Assembly: GCA_964252035.1 (NCBI GenBank)
Contig: OZ176209.1
From: Podarcis erhardii
Lineage: Eukaryota
Reading direction: 5' to 3' (one strand)
Length of the DNA stretch: 64,000 nucleotides
Position numbers and translations under genes: made by a program. Positions within the stretch are counted from its first letter, which is position 1; each line of letters starts with the position of its first letter. The notes beneath the pieces are model-generated. The model worked only from the letters and a program-made list of their open reading frames with translations. It was not told the origin of the DNA and did not search any database. Shown one piece after another: positions 54,412-64,000 of this stretch.

Positions 54412-54442
<31 letters not shown>

Positions 54443-57400
54443 GCAGCTACATAAGGCTACTATCACCATAATTTATTAGAAAGAATCTAAAATGAATCGT
54501 GTAAAATGCTCTCTGCACCCCTGACAAACTGCAGCTCCCAGAATTATTTCCTTTAAATGTATGCTGGAAATGTATCCTAGGCTTCAGATACAGCAAGGCT
54601 CTTTCTTTGTTCATCTATTCCAACCCCCTGCAATGTGGGAATCTTTTGCCCAATGTTTGGCTTGAACCCACAACCCTGAGATTAAGAGTCTCATGCTCTA
54701 CTGACTGAGCTATCCCTTGGATTCTTAACCCACCATAAAAAAGATAAAGTACCCCTGACAGTTAAGTCCAGTCGCGAACGACTCTGGGGTTGCGGCGCTC
54801 ATCTCGCTTTACTGGCCGAGGGAACCGACGTTTATCCGCAGACAGTTTTTCCGGGTCATGTGGCCAGCATGACTAAGCCGCTTCTGGCAAAACCAGAGCA
54901 GCGCACAGAAACACCGTTTACCTTCCCGCCAGAGCGGTACCTATTTATCTACTTGCAGTTTTTTGGTGTGCTTTTGAACTGCTAGGTTGGCAGGAGCAGG
55001 GACCGAGCAATGGGAGCGGAGCTCATCCCTTCGCGGGGATTCGAACCGCCGACCTTCCGATTGGCGATTGGCAAGCCCTAGGCTTAGTGGTTTAGACCAC
55101 AGCACCACCCACCATAGTTCCCATTAGAATTTTATGACCATCTTAACCCCAGGTTACAGCTCAGCAGCAGCCAACAGCAAAGTATATGGCTCTGCGTGAA
55201 TCCACCTATGTATACAAGAATATAATTATATCCCTGTGAAGCAAAGAGGGAACTCCCTAGCTCAGTTCAGCCTAGGAGTGAGCAGAAATGTTGCAGGGTG
55301 TCTCCTACTCATGAACCTCTGAGATCCACATAGTACTCACCTCCGAGAATGCAACAAAATCTCTTGCTTCATCTCCCTTTTTGGTAACAGGAGACGACAG
55401 CTTCACAGATCCCCAAGAAAACACAGATGGGTGGAGTCCGAAGGGGTAAAAATACCAGGCACCTAAATGTGATTAGTAAGGAGAGTTCAGTTACAGCTGG
55501 GTTTATCTGATGGGTCTTTACCCGGCTATTCTGTCAAAGCAGATGTCCAGTCTGACTTACAAAAATCTAGCTAAATATAAACTTCAGCGTATACACCAAA
55601 ATTCAAATGAGGGCTTACATGGGTAGGTTGATTTATACAACTCAACCTCATAACACCAGAACATACAGTCCCTCAATGAAATGGATTGGCACCACAGTCA
55701 GCTCAGGACGGATAGAAGGAAGAACTTCACACCAATTTGGGCAATTCACCATAAGATGTGGGAATGGACACCAGTTTTGGAAGCAGTCATGGTTCTTCTA
55801 GCTCAACGCTGTCTCCCATGGCAAACAGATCCTGCCAGCCCCAACCAGCATGGCCAATGCTCAGGGAGGGGGGTCGTTATAGTTCAGCAGCATCTGGAGA
55901 GCCCCAACTCTGGCCTCCCCCACCCATCCTGGAGATACCGGTGGCTGAACCTGAGACCTTCTACATGCAAAGCATGTGGACCCCTACTGAGCTACAGCCT
56001 CTCCCCAGAAGGGGAAATTTAAAAAAATTAAGAGATCAGACAGAATCTTGGAGGATATTACTAACAAAAGCTACCAGCAGAGGTAGCAAAATTAGAAGCC
56101 CAGTGTTCAGATGCAGGCAGATAAAACACAGGAATAATTGCCATCTTGCCCTGCCTGTGAGCTTCCAGAGGCATCTGGTTGGCTGCTGCAGGAGGAGGAA
56201 TGGTGCGTGGTCTGATCCTGCAAAGCAGTCCTTATTACACTACAGTTCTCCCCTTCCTGAAAGGAAGTTGGTGAATAACTAATCATTAAGCAGCGCGTAC
56301 TGATGTGCAGGAGGACCTTGATAGCAATATGGAACTCACCGTAGCCAATGGCAGTCAGGAGCAGCAACAGGAGCAGCATCAGCAGGAGCTTCTTCAGGAT
56401 TGGATAGCTCCTGGGCACCAAGGAGCAAGAGAGAAAGGGAGAGGATAAGATGCAGTGGAATTCCACAAAGGCAAAACCTGACAAAGCAGCGAAGCAGCCA
56501 CTGTCTATGGTCAATTTGCCCTTCCTCATAATGTCTACCATACAGGTGGGAAAATCTTTTTGCAGCCTGAGAGCCACATTTCATTCTGGGCAACCTTCTG
56601 GGGGCCCTACATGCCAGTGGTGGACAGGGCAAAAGGCAAAAGCAGGGAAAACAATGGATGCAAAGTTTACCTTTGTACAATGTGCTAAATTTCTACATAT
56701 GCACTGCCACAACCCTCTCTAACCTCCATCCAGGGAAGCAAGAGGCATTATCCAAGTATCAGGGGTGCAAAGTAGGGAGAGTGAGGGGTGGGGCCTGGGA
56801 GAGCTCTGAGGGCCACACAGTGAAGCACAGAGGGCCACATTCAGACCCCAGGCCTGTGGTCCCCCACCCTTGGTCTATCACAATGCAACATGTAGTAAGT
56901 AATTATTGCACTGCCCCTCTCTGAAACTGAGATTACTAACGTCTGGACTACCACAACACAATGTGTCAGCCATCAGGCTATGGGCCTTCCCACCCCACAA
57001 TGCAACAGGAGACGGGGAAATACGCAACATGATATCTTTGCACAACACTTTGTGCTATGGTTGTCATTAGTGAGAAGAGGAACCAAAGAGAGCTAGATGG
57101 GCAGCAGCAGTTGCAAGTCTCTTGCAACCTGTAGCTCCAATCTCAGCCCCAAATACTGGGTTGCATATGGTGACCCCTTAGTTCAGCTGCCTCCAACCTG
57201 TTGTCATCCTCCTCCCAATGGTGTTGGGACTCCAAACTCCCATCAGCCCCAGCCAGCATGGCCGACAGTCAGGGATGATAGGAACTGTAGTCCAGCATCA
57301 GCCATGGGAGAGGTCATTCCAGTAAATAAGGGGCAGTCTGTATGACATCAGAAAGACTGCACATATTTATTTTGTTTATTTTTCAAATGGCTAGCCCCCC

Positions 57401-60400
57401 TAATTTTCAAAAGAAGTTCAAGGCACCTAACAAATTCATCATTCCAACCACATAACATACAAACTATTTATTATTATTAATTAATTAAATGTATATACAT
57501 GGACTGACTATAAAGTGTCATTCCAAGTTGAATAACAAAATCAAAATAGTAATGCCACTGCAACCACATCAAAGCTAAAACATCAGATACAAACCAGAAA
57601 AAGAAAGAAAAATAGTTCAGCATGGCCAATTTTCAGGGATTCAGAGTCTATCAACTCCTGGAGAGCAAGAGGCTCCCACTCCCTAATGTAGGGCAAGCTT
57701 TGGAAACCCTGTCGGCATTTGCACTATTCAGCTTCCACCCAATTGCTGCCTCTCAGCCAGTTCAGAAATTGCTGCCAGCCACATTCCTGAGCATTCCAAA
57801 TTCTCTGCCACACTGACCGTGTTAAGACGAAGACATCCAGCAGGGAGGCTGCAGTGGTCAGGCGGTACCACGCGGTCCCCATCCACCAGTATAGCAATCC
57901 AAAGATCCGACCTGCAAAGTCACCAGAGCAGCATGAAAAACAGCAACAGGCCATGTCAACAGCTCAGCTTGTTTCAAGATCTAAGACTTCATTTCCTGCT
58001 CTGGCAAACTGGTATAATACCAGCTTCCCTTCATGCACTTCCCATCTCCCCAATGTAGCTCATCGGAAACAGGTCTTGGCATGCAACTTCCTTTATTCGC
58101 TTGCCATGTAGGCAGATCTGGCAGCAGAAATGGCAACAGTCAGAGAAACCAGAACATCTAAATCTTCTGCATTGCTCCCACTGCTGTCCGAAAAAACTGC
58201 CCTTCTGTTACAGGAAATTCAGGAGGAGACTCCATCGTGAAAGGGTTGAATTATATCAAGAGATTTGATTCCAGCTCTCTAGGCATGAAGAAGACATTTG
58301 TGATGTGACAGGAAGCCAATTTGCTTAGCAATGCTAAGACAATAATGTTATTACTAACTACTGTTGTCACAAATAGTCACATAATTGCATTGGCACAAAA
58401 AGATCTTCAAGAGATGTATGGAAGCCCAAAGGGAGGGTGTCTGCTGCATCTCTGCTGGCAGTGTGTTCCACAGCACTGGACCAGAAACACTAAATGCCTG
58501 ATTTGTAGTTGAGGCCAACCAGGCCTCTGTAATATGATGGACAACAATCAGTGTGATCTCAGTAGGGATAGAAGTGCTCAGGCTGTCTTTCCATTTCCAT
58601 TTGCTAACTTGCATAATGAAAATCACTACTGTAAATAAAACACTTAATGGCTTTTCCATTTACCTGGTGACGTAAGCACAAGCCACAGAAAAGAGCCTGC
58701 TTTGGAGATTGCATTCCTCAGCACAGAACCAGAAGTGTTCTGGTCCAAGTAGGTGTGACCTGCAGGAAACAGAGTATAGGTTTGTCAGCAAACAGGACAT
58801 CACTTCTTCCTCCCTCCTTCACACACTTTGAATGGAAAGAAAAGCCATTATTTATTTATTGTTCTATTTCCTTGGTTCCCAAAGTAGGAGAAACCTTTCC
58901 AAGGAAACAGGGGACTGATAAAGCATTTACCAACCTGCCTGAGTTTTAAGAAGTGCAAGGGAAACTTTGGTGGTGGTCCCTACGCCTAATGAGGAAGGGG
59001 GCACATGGGTGGGCCTTCCCTGTGCTGGCCCCACACCTTTGAAAAAACCTCCCTTCTCAGGCCCATCCAATCACAACACTGTTGTCATTTTTTCAGCAGG
59101 TGAAAACTCACCTTTTTGCCCTGATATGGGGCATCCAGTAGCGTAGTGGCAAATTCAGAAGAGCAGGGTTCCTTCATTATAGTCATAACCATGCCCCCTC
59201 ACAGCCTCACCCCTTTGAATACTGTACAGCCTTCTAAGATTATACAATAGTAATAAAAATTAGGGATGCTTTGCAACTATCACCGCAGACCTCCATGTAC
59301 TGCCGTTCAGCTAGACCTACTGTTTCCTGTGCACATAGTTCTGGTGTGCTCCAGTATCTTCCTTTGGAGTGACTTGAGTTGTGGTCCCTGTGAAGTTCCA
59401 TTGTGCGTAACAGAACTTGCACACCATTCTCTTCAAAATGAAGCAAAAATGTGCTTTCAGTGTTCCTTCACTTTGGAGCATACAGCAGCTAAAAAGCTCC
59501 CCTTTCATGCTGATTGGTCAGCTCTAGGATGCTGGAGATGCAGATCCGCTGCAGAAATAGCAACTGGTCTTGCCCCACCCCTACAGAACCCTAGAACACA
59601 AGACCAGTATGGGCATCTAAATTCTTGTCGCTGCAGCTCACTTAATTGTAACTGGAATATTGCATTATGTGTCATGTCGTTCTTATTTTATTGGTTTTTT
59701 TTACGAAGGTGAGCAGCCTTCCTGCAGCATGAGAGAATGGTTTGTGGGTGGGAGACTGATGCCAGAACCAAAGGTTTGCTGGTGTGTGAGAGGAACTGCA
59801 AATCTATGATGACACTACAGGCAAAGGGCCATTGTGAAAGGGTTACCTCTGTTTTCACCACAAGAGACCTAAAAACAGTCTATGCTGTGGGACAGGGCTT
59901 GGTGCAAGAAGATTTTTTTTACAGGCGTTTTCTTTCTTGAGAGGTTTCTCATTACAGAGCATCATTGCTACTGCCTTGGGACAAAGAGCACTTCTGTACC
60001 TGCATAGTCATCCTCAGAGGAGTAGCCAGATGATGAGGCGTAGGTGTCGTAGGTTTTCCTTTCAACCAGCCCATTGATTTTTTTACTGGACTCCGAGCCT
60101 CCAGTACCTCTCCTCCTCCTCGCTGACAACTCCTCGCCTGGCCAGGAAAGAGGAACTTCTTTAGGAACACAGGAAGCTGCCTTATCATACTGGATCAGAC
60201 CATCAATCTCAGTATTGTCCATACCAGGTGGAGAACCAACGGCTCTTGGACCCAATCTGGCTTGCTAGACCTCCTGATTTGACCCATGAGACAGATTTGG
60301 GCAAGCTACACCCACCTGATGTCAAATTACCCATTACCACCCTTAACTATAACGTGTAGCCAAGGTTTGTCCTACAACTACGGGCTGTGATTAAAGAGAA

Positions 60401-61346
60401 GAAACCTTAACCACAAACCTCAACTAAACTGTGGCTTGGCTGCCATCCTGCACCAACTTAAAATACCTGGGGAAGAGCAAAGCGGATGCAAGCTCTTCTC
60501 CAGATGTTTTGAACTCCAACTCCCAACAGCCTCAGCCAGCGCAGCCAATGGGCAGGAATGCTGGGATGCCCTAAACATCTGGAGGGCACCAGGTTGAGGA
60601 AGGCTGGTGTATTTAAATTATTATCTACTTTGAAGGCCTTTATTCTTCAAGCTAACAACATCACACACACCAATACCAAGAAATGCACAGCACTACCATT
60701 TAGTATACCTAGAATCATGGAACTGTAGAGTTTGAAGGGACCACAAAGCTCACACAGTTCAACTCCCTGGAATGCAGGAATCTTTTGCCCAACGTGGGGC
60801 TTGAACCCACAACCCTGATTCTTATTAATATAAATAGAGCAGTCATAATACTATATAATTCTAACAGAAAAACATACATATGATCTGCAGAGCAAGCAGA
60901 TATAAATATTTCAGAATAAGTAAGAAAGTAAGAAGTAGCTGGGGAGAGTGCTAAGCAACCATACAGAACCTCTCTACAGCTTATACTGGGTGGGAGACTG
61001 GTATCCCTCCCCCCCCCCCAATGTTGTTTGACTCCAACTCCCTTTAGCCTGCATGGCCAACACCCAGGAATGATGGGAGTTGGAGTCCACCAACATCTGG
61101 AGGGCAACAGATTCCCCAACCTTGGCTTAAGCAGAAAAGAAATACTCACTCCAGTAAGAATTGCGGTCTAGTGGATCATCCAAGAGGGCGCTGCTTCTGC
61201 CAGAAAGTCCCCTGCCATCTCCCAGGTAAGATTCGCTGACCACAGACTCGCTATAATAGGAGGTGGTATGGGCAGCAGGGTTGCTTCCCAGGCTAGGAGC
61301 CGGAGATGGCCGCTTCACACTGCTCGATTTCCTTCTCAGGCTCCGG
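42453..61346 (-). CDS. SUN2: SUN domain-containing protein 2 (LINC complex), 5'-partial; 16 coding exons in window, first coding exon not found within the window
   Basis: N-terminal [12 protein letters not shown] and [11 protein letters not shown] motifs, hydrophobic TM exon, coiled coil, and C-terminal SUN domain ([29 protein letters not shown]...PGNCWAFQG...[20 protein letters not shown]); 2020 nt with consistent phases; position next to GTPBP1 favours SUN2 over SUN1. Confidence 0.95.
43281..43437 (+). mobile_element. Squam3-like SINE
   Basis: GCATGCATGAGGTCCCAGGCTCAATC...CTGAAACCCTGGAGA...CAGTGTAGACAGTACTGAACTAGATGGACCAA. Confidence 0.7.
43509..43601 (-). CDS. SUN2: SUN2 coding exon (SUN domain)
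   Basis: ccacag|GGCTTA...TTGCAG|gtaagg; [31 protein letters not shown]. Confidence 0.94.
44785..44830. repeat. (GA)n microsatellite
   Basis: Directly visible. Confidence 0.95.
45018..45185 (-). CDS. SUN2: SUN2 coding exon (SUN domain)
   Basis: tttcag|CCAGAT...GTCTAT|gtaagt; [22 protein letters not shown]. Confidence 0.95.
46267..46382 (-). CDS. SUN2: SUN2 coding exon (SUN domain)
   Basis: ctacag|GGGCCA...CTGCAG|gtaggt. Confidence 0.96.
46940..47024 (-). CDS. SUN2: SUN2 coding exon
   Basis: tttcag|CAAGTT...GCAG|gtatgc; [28 protein letters not shown]. Confidence 0.94.
47718..48325 (-). mobile_element. CR1 LINE 3' fragment
   Basis: Translates to the CR1 ORF2 C-terminus ([30 protein letters not shown]...FKQRLDGHL) followed by CR1-type 3' tail ending GATTCTA. 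Confidence 0.92.
48905..49103. mobile_element. Tc1/mariner-type MITE
   Basis: TA|CAGTAAGCC ... GGCTTACTG|TA. Confidence 0.75.
49382..49597 (-). CDS. SUN2: SUN2 coding exon
   Basis: tttcag|GTGGAA...GAAGAG|gtgaga; [13 protein letters not shown]...[11 protein letters not shown]. Confidence 0.93.
50692..50857 (-). CDS. SUN2: SUN2 coding exon
   Basis: ttgaag|CTCTAC...GAAGAT|gtaagt; coiled coil [16 protein letters not shown]. Confidence 0.9.
51020..51209. mobile_element. Palindromic MITE
   Basis: Ends CACACCATACATTTAAAGCACATT / AATGTGATTTAAATGGATGGTGTG; internal GGGAACTGTAG/CTACAGTTCCC; related pieces at ~43910-44150 and ~48320-48400. Confidence 0.6.
51840..51883 (-). CDS. SUN2: SUN2 coding exon (44 nt)
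   Basis: ccacag|GAGACA...CAAAG|gtaatt; [14 protein letters not shown]. Confidence 0.87.
52785..52955 (+). mobile_element. Squam3-like SINE
   Basis: AGAGCATCTGCTTAGCATGAAGAGGATCCCAG...CACTGAGCTAGAT...GGCAGCTTCCTATGTT; reverse partial copy at ~60165-60245. Confidence 0.7.
53235..53312 (-). CDS. SUN2: SUN2 coding exon
   Basis: ctacag|AATGAG...TCAGAG|gtaaaa; [26 protein letters not shown]. Confidence 0.88.
54167..54385 (-). CDS. SUN2: SUN2 coding exon (acceptor ambiguous, see findings)
   Basis: aaaag|GGACAGCAGCAGGTT...CTCCAG|gtaggg; [17 protein letters not shown]...[18 protein letters not shown]. Confidence 0.87.
54403..54442. repeat. G-run plus (GA)n microsatellite (pyrimidine tract of a SUN2 acceptor on minus)
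   Basis: Directly visible, immediately 5' of the SUN2 exon at 54385 on the minus strand. Confidence 0.9.
54635..54718 (-). mobile_element. tRNA-Lys-derived SINE head (not a functional tRNA)
   Basis: Minus strand GGATAGCTCAGTCAGTAGAGCATGAGACTCTTAATCTCAGGGTTGTGGGTTCAAGCC; no acceptor stem; related copy at ~60710-60820. Confidence 0.65.
54738..55110 (-). mobile_element. Sauria SINE (Squam1/lacertid POM-like), near full length
   Basis: tRNA-like head with box B (GGTTCGAATCC on minus), body ATTTATCTACTTGCA / GGGTCATGTGGCCAGCATGAC; candidate TSD CCCACCATA at 54729 and 55108. Confidence 0.85.
55341..55462 (-). CDS. SUN2: SUN2 coding exon
   Basis: atttag|GTGCCTGG...TCGGAG|gtgagt; [16 protein letters not shown]. 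Confidence 0.9.
56340..56410 (-). CDS. SUN2: SUN2 coding exon (transmembrane)
   Basis: gcccag|GAGCTA...TACG|gtgagt; [23 protein letters not shown]. Confidence 0.92.
57818..57911 (-). CDS. SUN2: SUN2 coding exon
   Basis: tttgcag|GTCGGA...ACACG|gtcagt; [31 protein letters not shown]. Confidence 0.94.
58380..58560 (-). mobile_element. L2 LINE ORF2 C-terminal remnant
   Basis: Translation [24 protein letters not shown]...LLKIFL resembles the L2 RAFSxxAPxLWNxLP motif; another remnant on + at ~59000-59125. Confidence 0.6.
58664..58759 (-). CDS. SUN2: SUN2 coding exon
   Basis: cctgcag|GTCACA...CCAG|gtaaat; [31 protein letters not shown]. Confidence 0.9.
60000..60137 (-). CDS. SUN2: SUN2 coding exon
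   Basis: ggccag|GCGAGG...GCAG|gtacag; [17 protein letters not shown]...SSEDDYA. Confidence 0.93.
60710..60820 (-). mobile_element. tRNA-derived SINE fragment with CR1-like tail
   Basis: Shares GGAATCTTTTGCCCAA and GGCTTGAACCCACAACCCTGA with the 54635 copy. Confidence 0.6.
61150..61346 (-). CDS. SUN2: SUN2 coding exon (most 5' visible)
   Basis: cctgcag|CCGGAGC...TGGA|gtgagt; [17 protein letters not shown]...TSYYSES. Confidence 0.9.
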
Positions 61347-64000
61347 CTGCAGGAGTAAAAAAAGGAAGACACTGTCATGCCAATGTGTGTCAGTGTGATA
61401 GTGGTTAGAATGGTGGACTAAGAAATGGAAGAACCAGGTTCATGTGGGAGTGGTGCATCTAAAACACTACGGAAATAGTTAATGAGGCATAGAATTCTAT
61501 GATGTCACCGCAGTAGGCGGTTTTTTCAGTTACATCTGTTATCAACTGTAGAGCGTTACTGAATTTGATGTACGCTGCTATGTGCCTCAGAAGAAGTCTG
61601 TAAAGTCTCATAAGTCTGTCAGTCCCAGATATATAAATAAATGCATGTAAATATGTTTTAGTATACCAGGTAAAATAATGTGTTATGTTTAAACCCTAAA
61701 CAGAGTGTCTTGTGCAGTCTTTTCTAAGACAGAAAAAGCGAACTAGGTATATATTTTAAAGAGTCAAACGACCTGGGGCAGCTTTCACGCATATAAATCC
61801 CCACTATGTCATGAAACAAACTGGTTGATTGAGACCTTCTCAAGCAAGCCTACCACCAGGGATGGGTAAATCCGACCATTTCTCATTCTTCCAGTCTTAA
61901 GTTCAGTTCTCCACACTTCCATGTCAGTTTGAAATTTTTATTTTAAATTCATCAGGATTGCAGTGCTAATTTCTCCTAATGTACACATTTTTGTATCCAG
62001 TTCTGTTCAATGCACATTTTTGCAAAGCAATTTTCTCTAATATATGCATTTTGGTATGCTATTTTCACAGTTATGTACGGTATATATTCCGCTAATATTT
62101 GTATTTCTGGACATATTACTTGGCTGTAGAACTGTACCGAAAAATCCAGGGAACTACAAATTTTGAAGGATGGCTGTGTTTTGATTCTTGCATTTCGGAA
62201 AGTGAGAATTCAGCAGTCTTTTCTAAGCTGTAAGGTCAGCCCTTAAATGCAAACTTTATCTACTTTCTCTCCCATTCCTACCTACCTCACAGGGTTGCCA
62301 TGAGGATAAAATAAGAGCTGGGAATAAACCCACAAACGCTGCCCCGAGTTCATCAGAGGAAAGACAAGATGCAAATTTAATCAATCAATAAATGTGTGGG
62401 AAAGGCAAAGCTCACACACATGAAGCTGGTAGTATGTAATGACTAACCACGTATCAGACATGCATCTGGGGGCTGAACTTAACAGGACAGAAAGAGAAAC
62501 AGGGAAATGATGCGTGTTCAAGGTTAGCGTGGATCTGAAAGGGATTAGAACTGGCTTTTGAATGTCCATTATGTGGCGATAATTGTGCACTGCAGGTGGG
62601 TGAGATACTCTGAAAGGGGAGTAAGCTGTAAGCTGTAAACTTGGTCCAGGGAGGGACTGGTTCAAATCCCTGCCTAGCTGTGAAGCTCAATGGCTACTAG
62701 TAATCATGGTGGCTGGCTATGCACTACCTGCAGTATCAGAGACAGTATGCATCTGGAGACCAGTTGCTGGGGAACATGTGCGCCAGGTGCTGTTATGCTC
62801 AAGCCCTGCTTGTGGGCTTCCCAGGAGCATTTGGGCAGCCACCATGACAACAGGGACTCTTCTTACTAGGCAACCTTGGGCCAGTCACACATTCTCAGTC
62901 TTAGCTGCCACATGACACTTTTGTGAGGATAAAATGGGAAGGTGGAACCATGTGCACTGGAAAAAGGATGAGATAAAGATGAAAGCAACAAGTCACCAAC
63001 TATCATTTGTGTATGACATTTGGCTTGCTTTTGTTTTTATTAAAAAGAATTCAGTCATCTCTGCAGAAGAATGCAAATAAGATCATGCACAGATAAACTG
63101 CAAGCCCCAAGTTAAACTATTTAGAAACTCAAAACTTTGAAAGGCAGGCATGCAACAGCCACTGCAAAATGCACAGACTACCTTTTTGCATATCTGCAAA
63201 ACATCTGCTGAAACATTCCCCCTTCTGCTTTAATCTTGCAGTGGAAAGAGCTGCAATTGTACAGTTTGCATAAGCCTGAAGCCCTTTCCCCTCTCTGTTG
63301 AACAGATGATGGAACCCAAAGAGGGCTGGGTGAAATCAGGTTGGGGGCTCCCTTGGGAAACCCATGCTCTATTACTGAACACCCCAAAATATTCTCAAAT
63401 TATGGGGATTATGGGGCATGCTTGATGGTTCAAGTGGGGAAAGGATCCTAGAACAAGTTTCTCTGTGGGTGGCTTTGTTCTATTCCTTTTCTTATGCCAG
63501 TACTGGAGCAATGTCTCAATCCAGGCATTTGTACACACTATACATGTTTTGAACCATATAACTGATGGACTGCATATGAACTGGGGCAACCCAGAAGTTT
63601 AAAAGCGTGCTACGAGGCCTGAAGCTTTAAACAGGGCCAGACAGCCTTTTTTGTGCAAGGGACACATTTTCTCAGGGACAATCTATTGGGGGGCTGTCTA
63701 CCACTGGTCATCAAAACTATGGAGGTTGCCTCTCTCAATCCCATGCAGGTCTACTCAGAAGCAAACCTCACTGGGTTTGACAGGGTTACTCTCAAGTAAG
63801 TATACAAGAGGGCTTAATACAACAGATCAATACAGCTAATGTTCTGGAAAGCAAGCGAAAGCAACTCCTTTCTGACTTTAGTGTGCTATAAACACATTCT
63901 CATATCCTTCCAGTTGTTCTGAAATTACATAGAAAGAGGGGAGACACACTTTAAGAAGCCAGGCCAAAAAAAAAAAAGGAAACGAGGAAAGGAATAACCC

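Noticed and set aside
54635-54718. tRNA-Lys-like sequence
   Set aside because: No acceptor stem and continues into a SINE body shared with the 60710 copy; it is a SINE head.
61490-61566. C/D-box-like pattern (ATGATGT ... CTGA with AATTC/GAATT ends)
   Set aside because: Lies antisense to the host gene SUN2, box C is imperfect, and the k-turn-adjacent stem pairs poorly.

Overview
Vertebrate genomic DNA, most likely from a lacertid lizard (inferred from a Sauria/Squam1-type SINE and Squam2/Squam3-like SINEs). It carries the gene block TOMM22(+) - JOSD1(-) - GTPBP1(+) - SUN2(-), the same order I recall for human 22q13.1. I resolved all visible coding exons by hand with GT-AG boundaries and consistent phases: TOMM22 4 exons/138 aa, JOSD1 4 exons/202 aa, GTPBP1 12 exons/669 aa, and SUN2 16 exons with the first coding exon not found in the window. 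Introns are rich in SINEs, CR1/L2 fragments, MITEs and microsatellites. The most notable non-gene element is a complete ~1.85 kb minus-strand retroelement in TOMM22 intron 2, with a 13-bp target-site duplication, CpG-rich hairpin 5' end, polyA signal and one intact 191-aa ORF but no reverse transcriptase (HAL1-like). Other leads: duplicated triloop hairpins in the JOSD1 3'UTR, a uORF-rich JOSD1 leader, in-frame tandem splice acceptors in SUN2 and TOMM22, and a hAT MITE with palindrome arrays nested in another MITE. No searches were run; family names come from recalled sequence knowledge.
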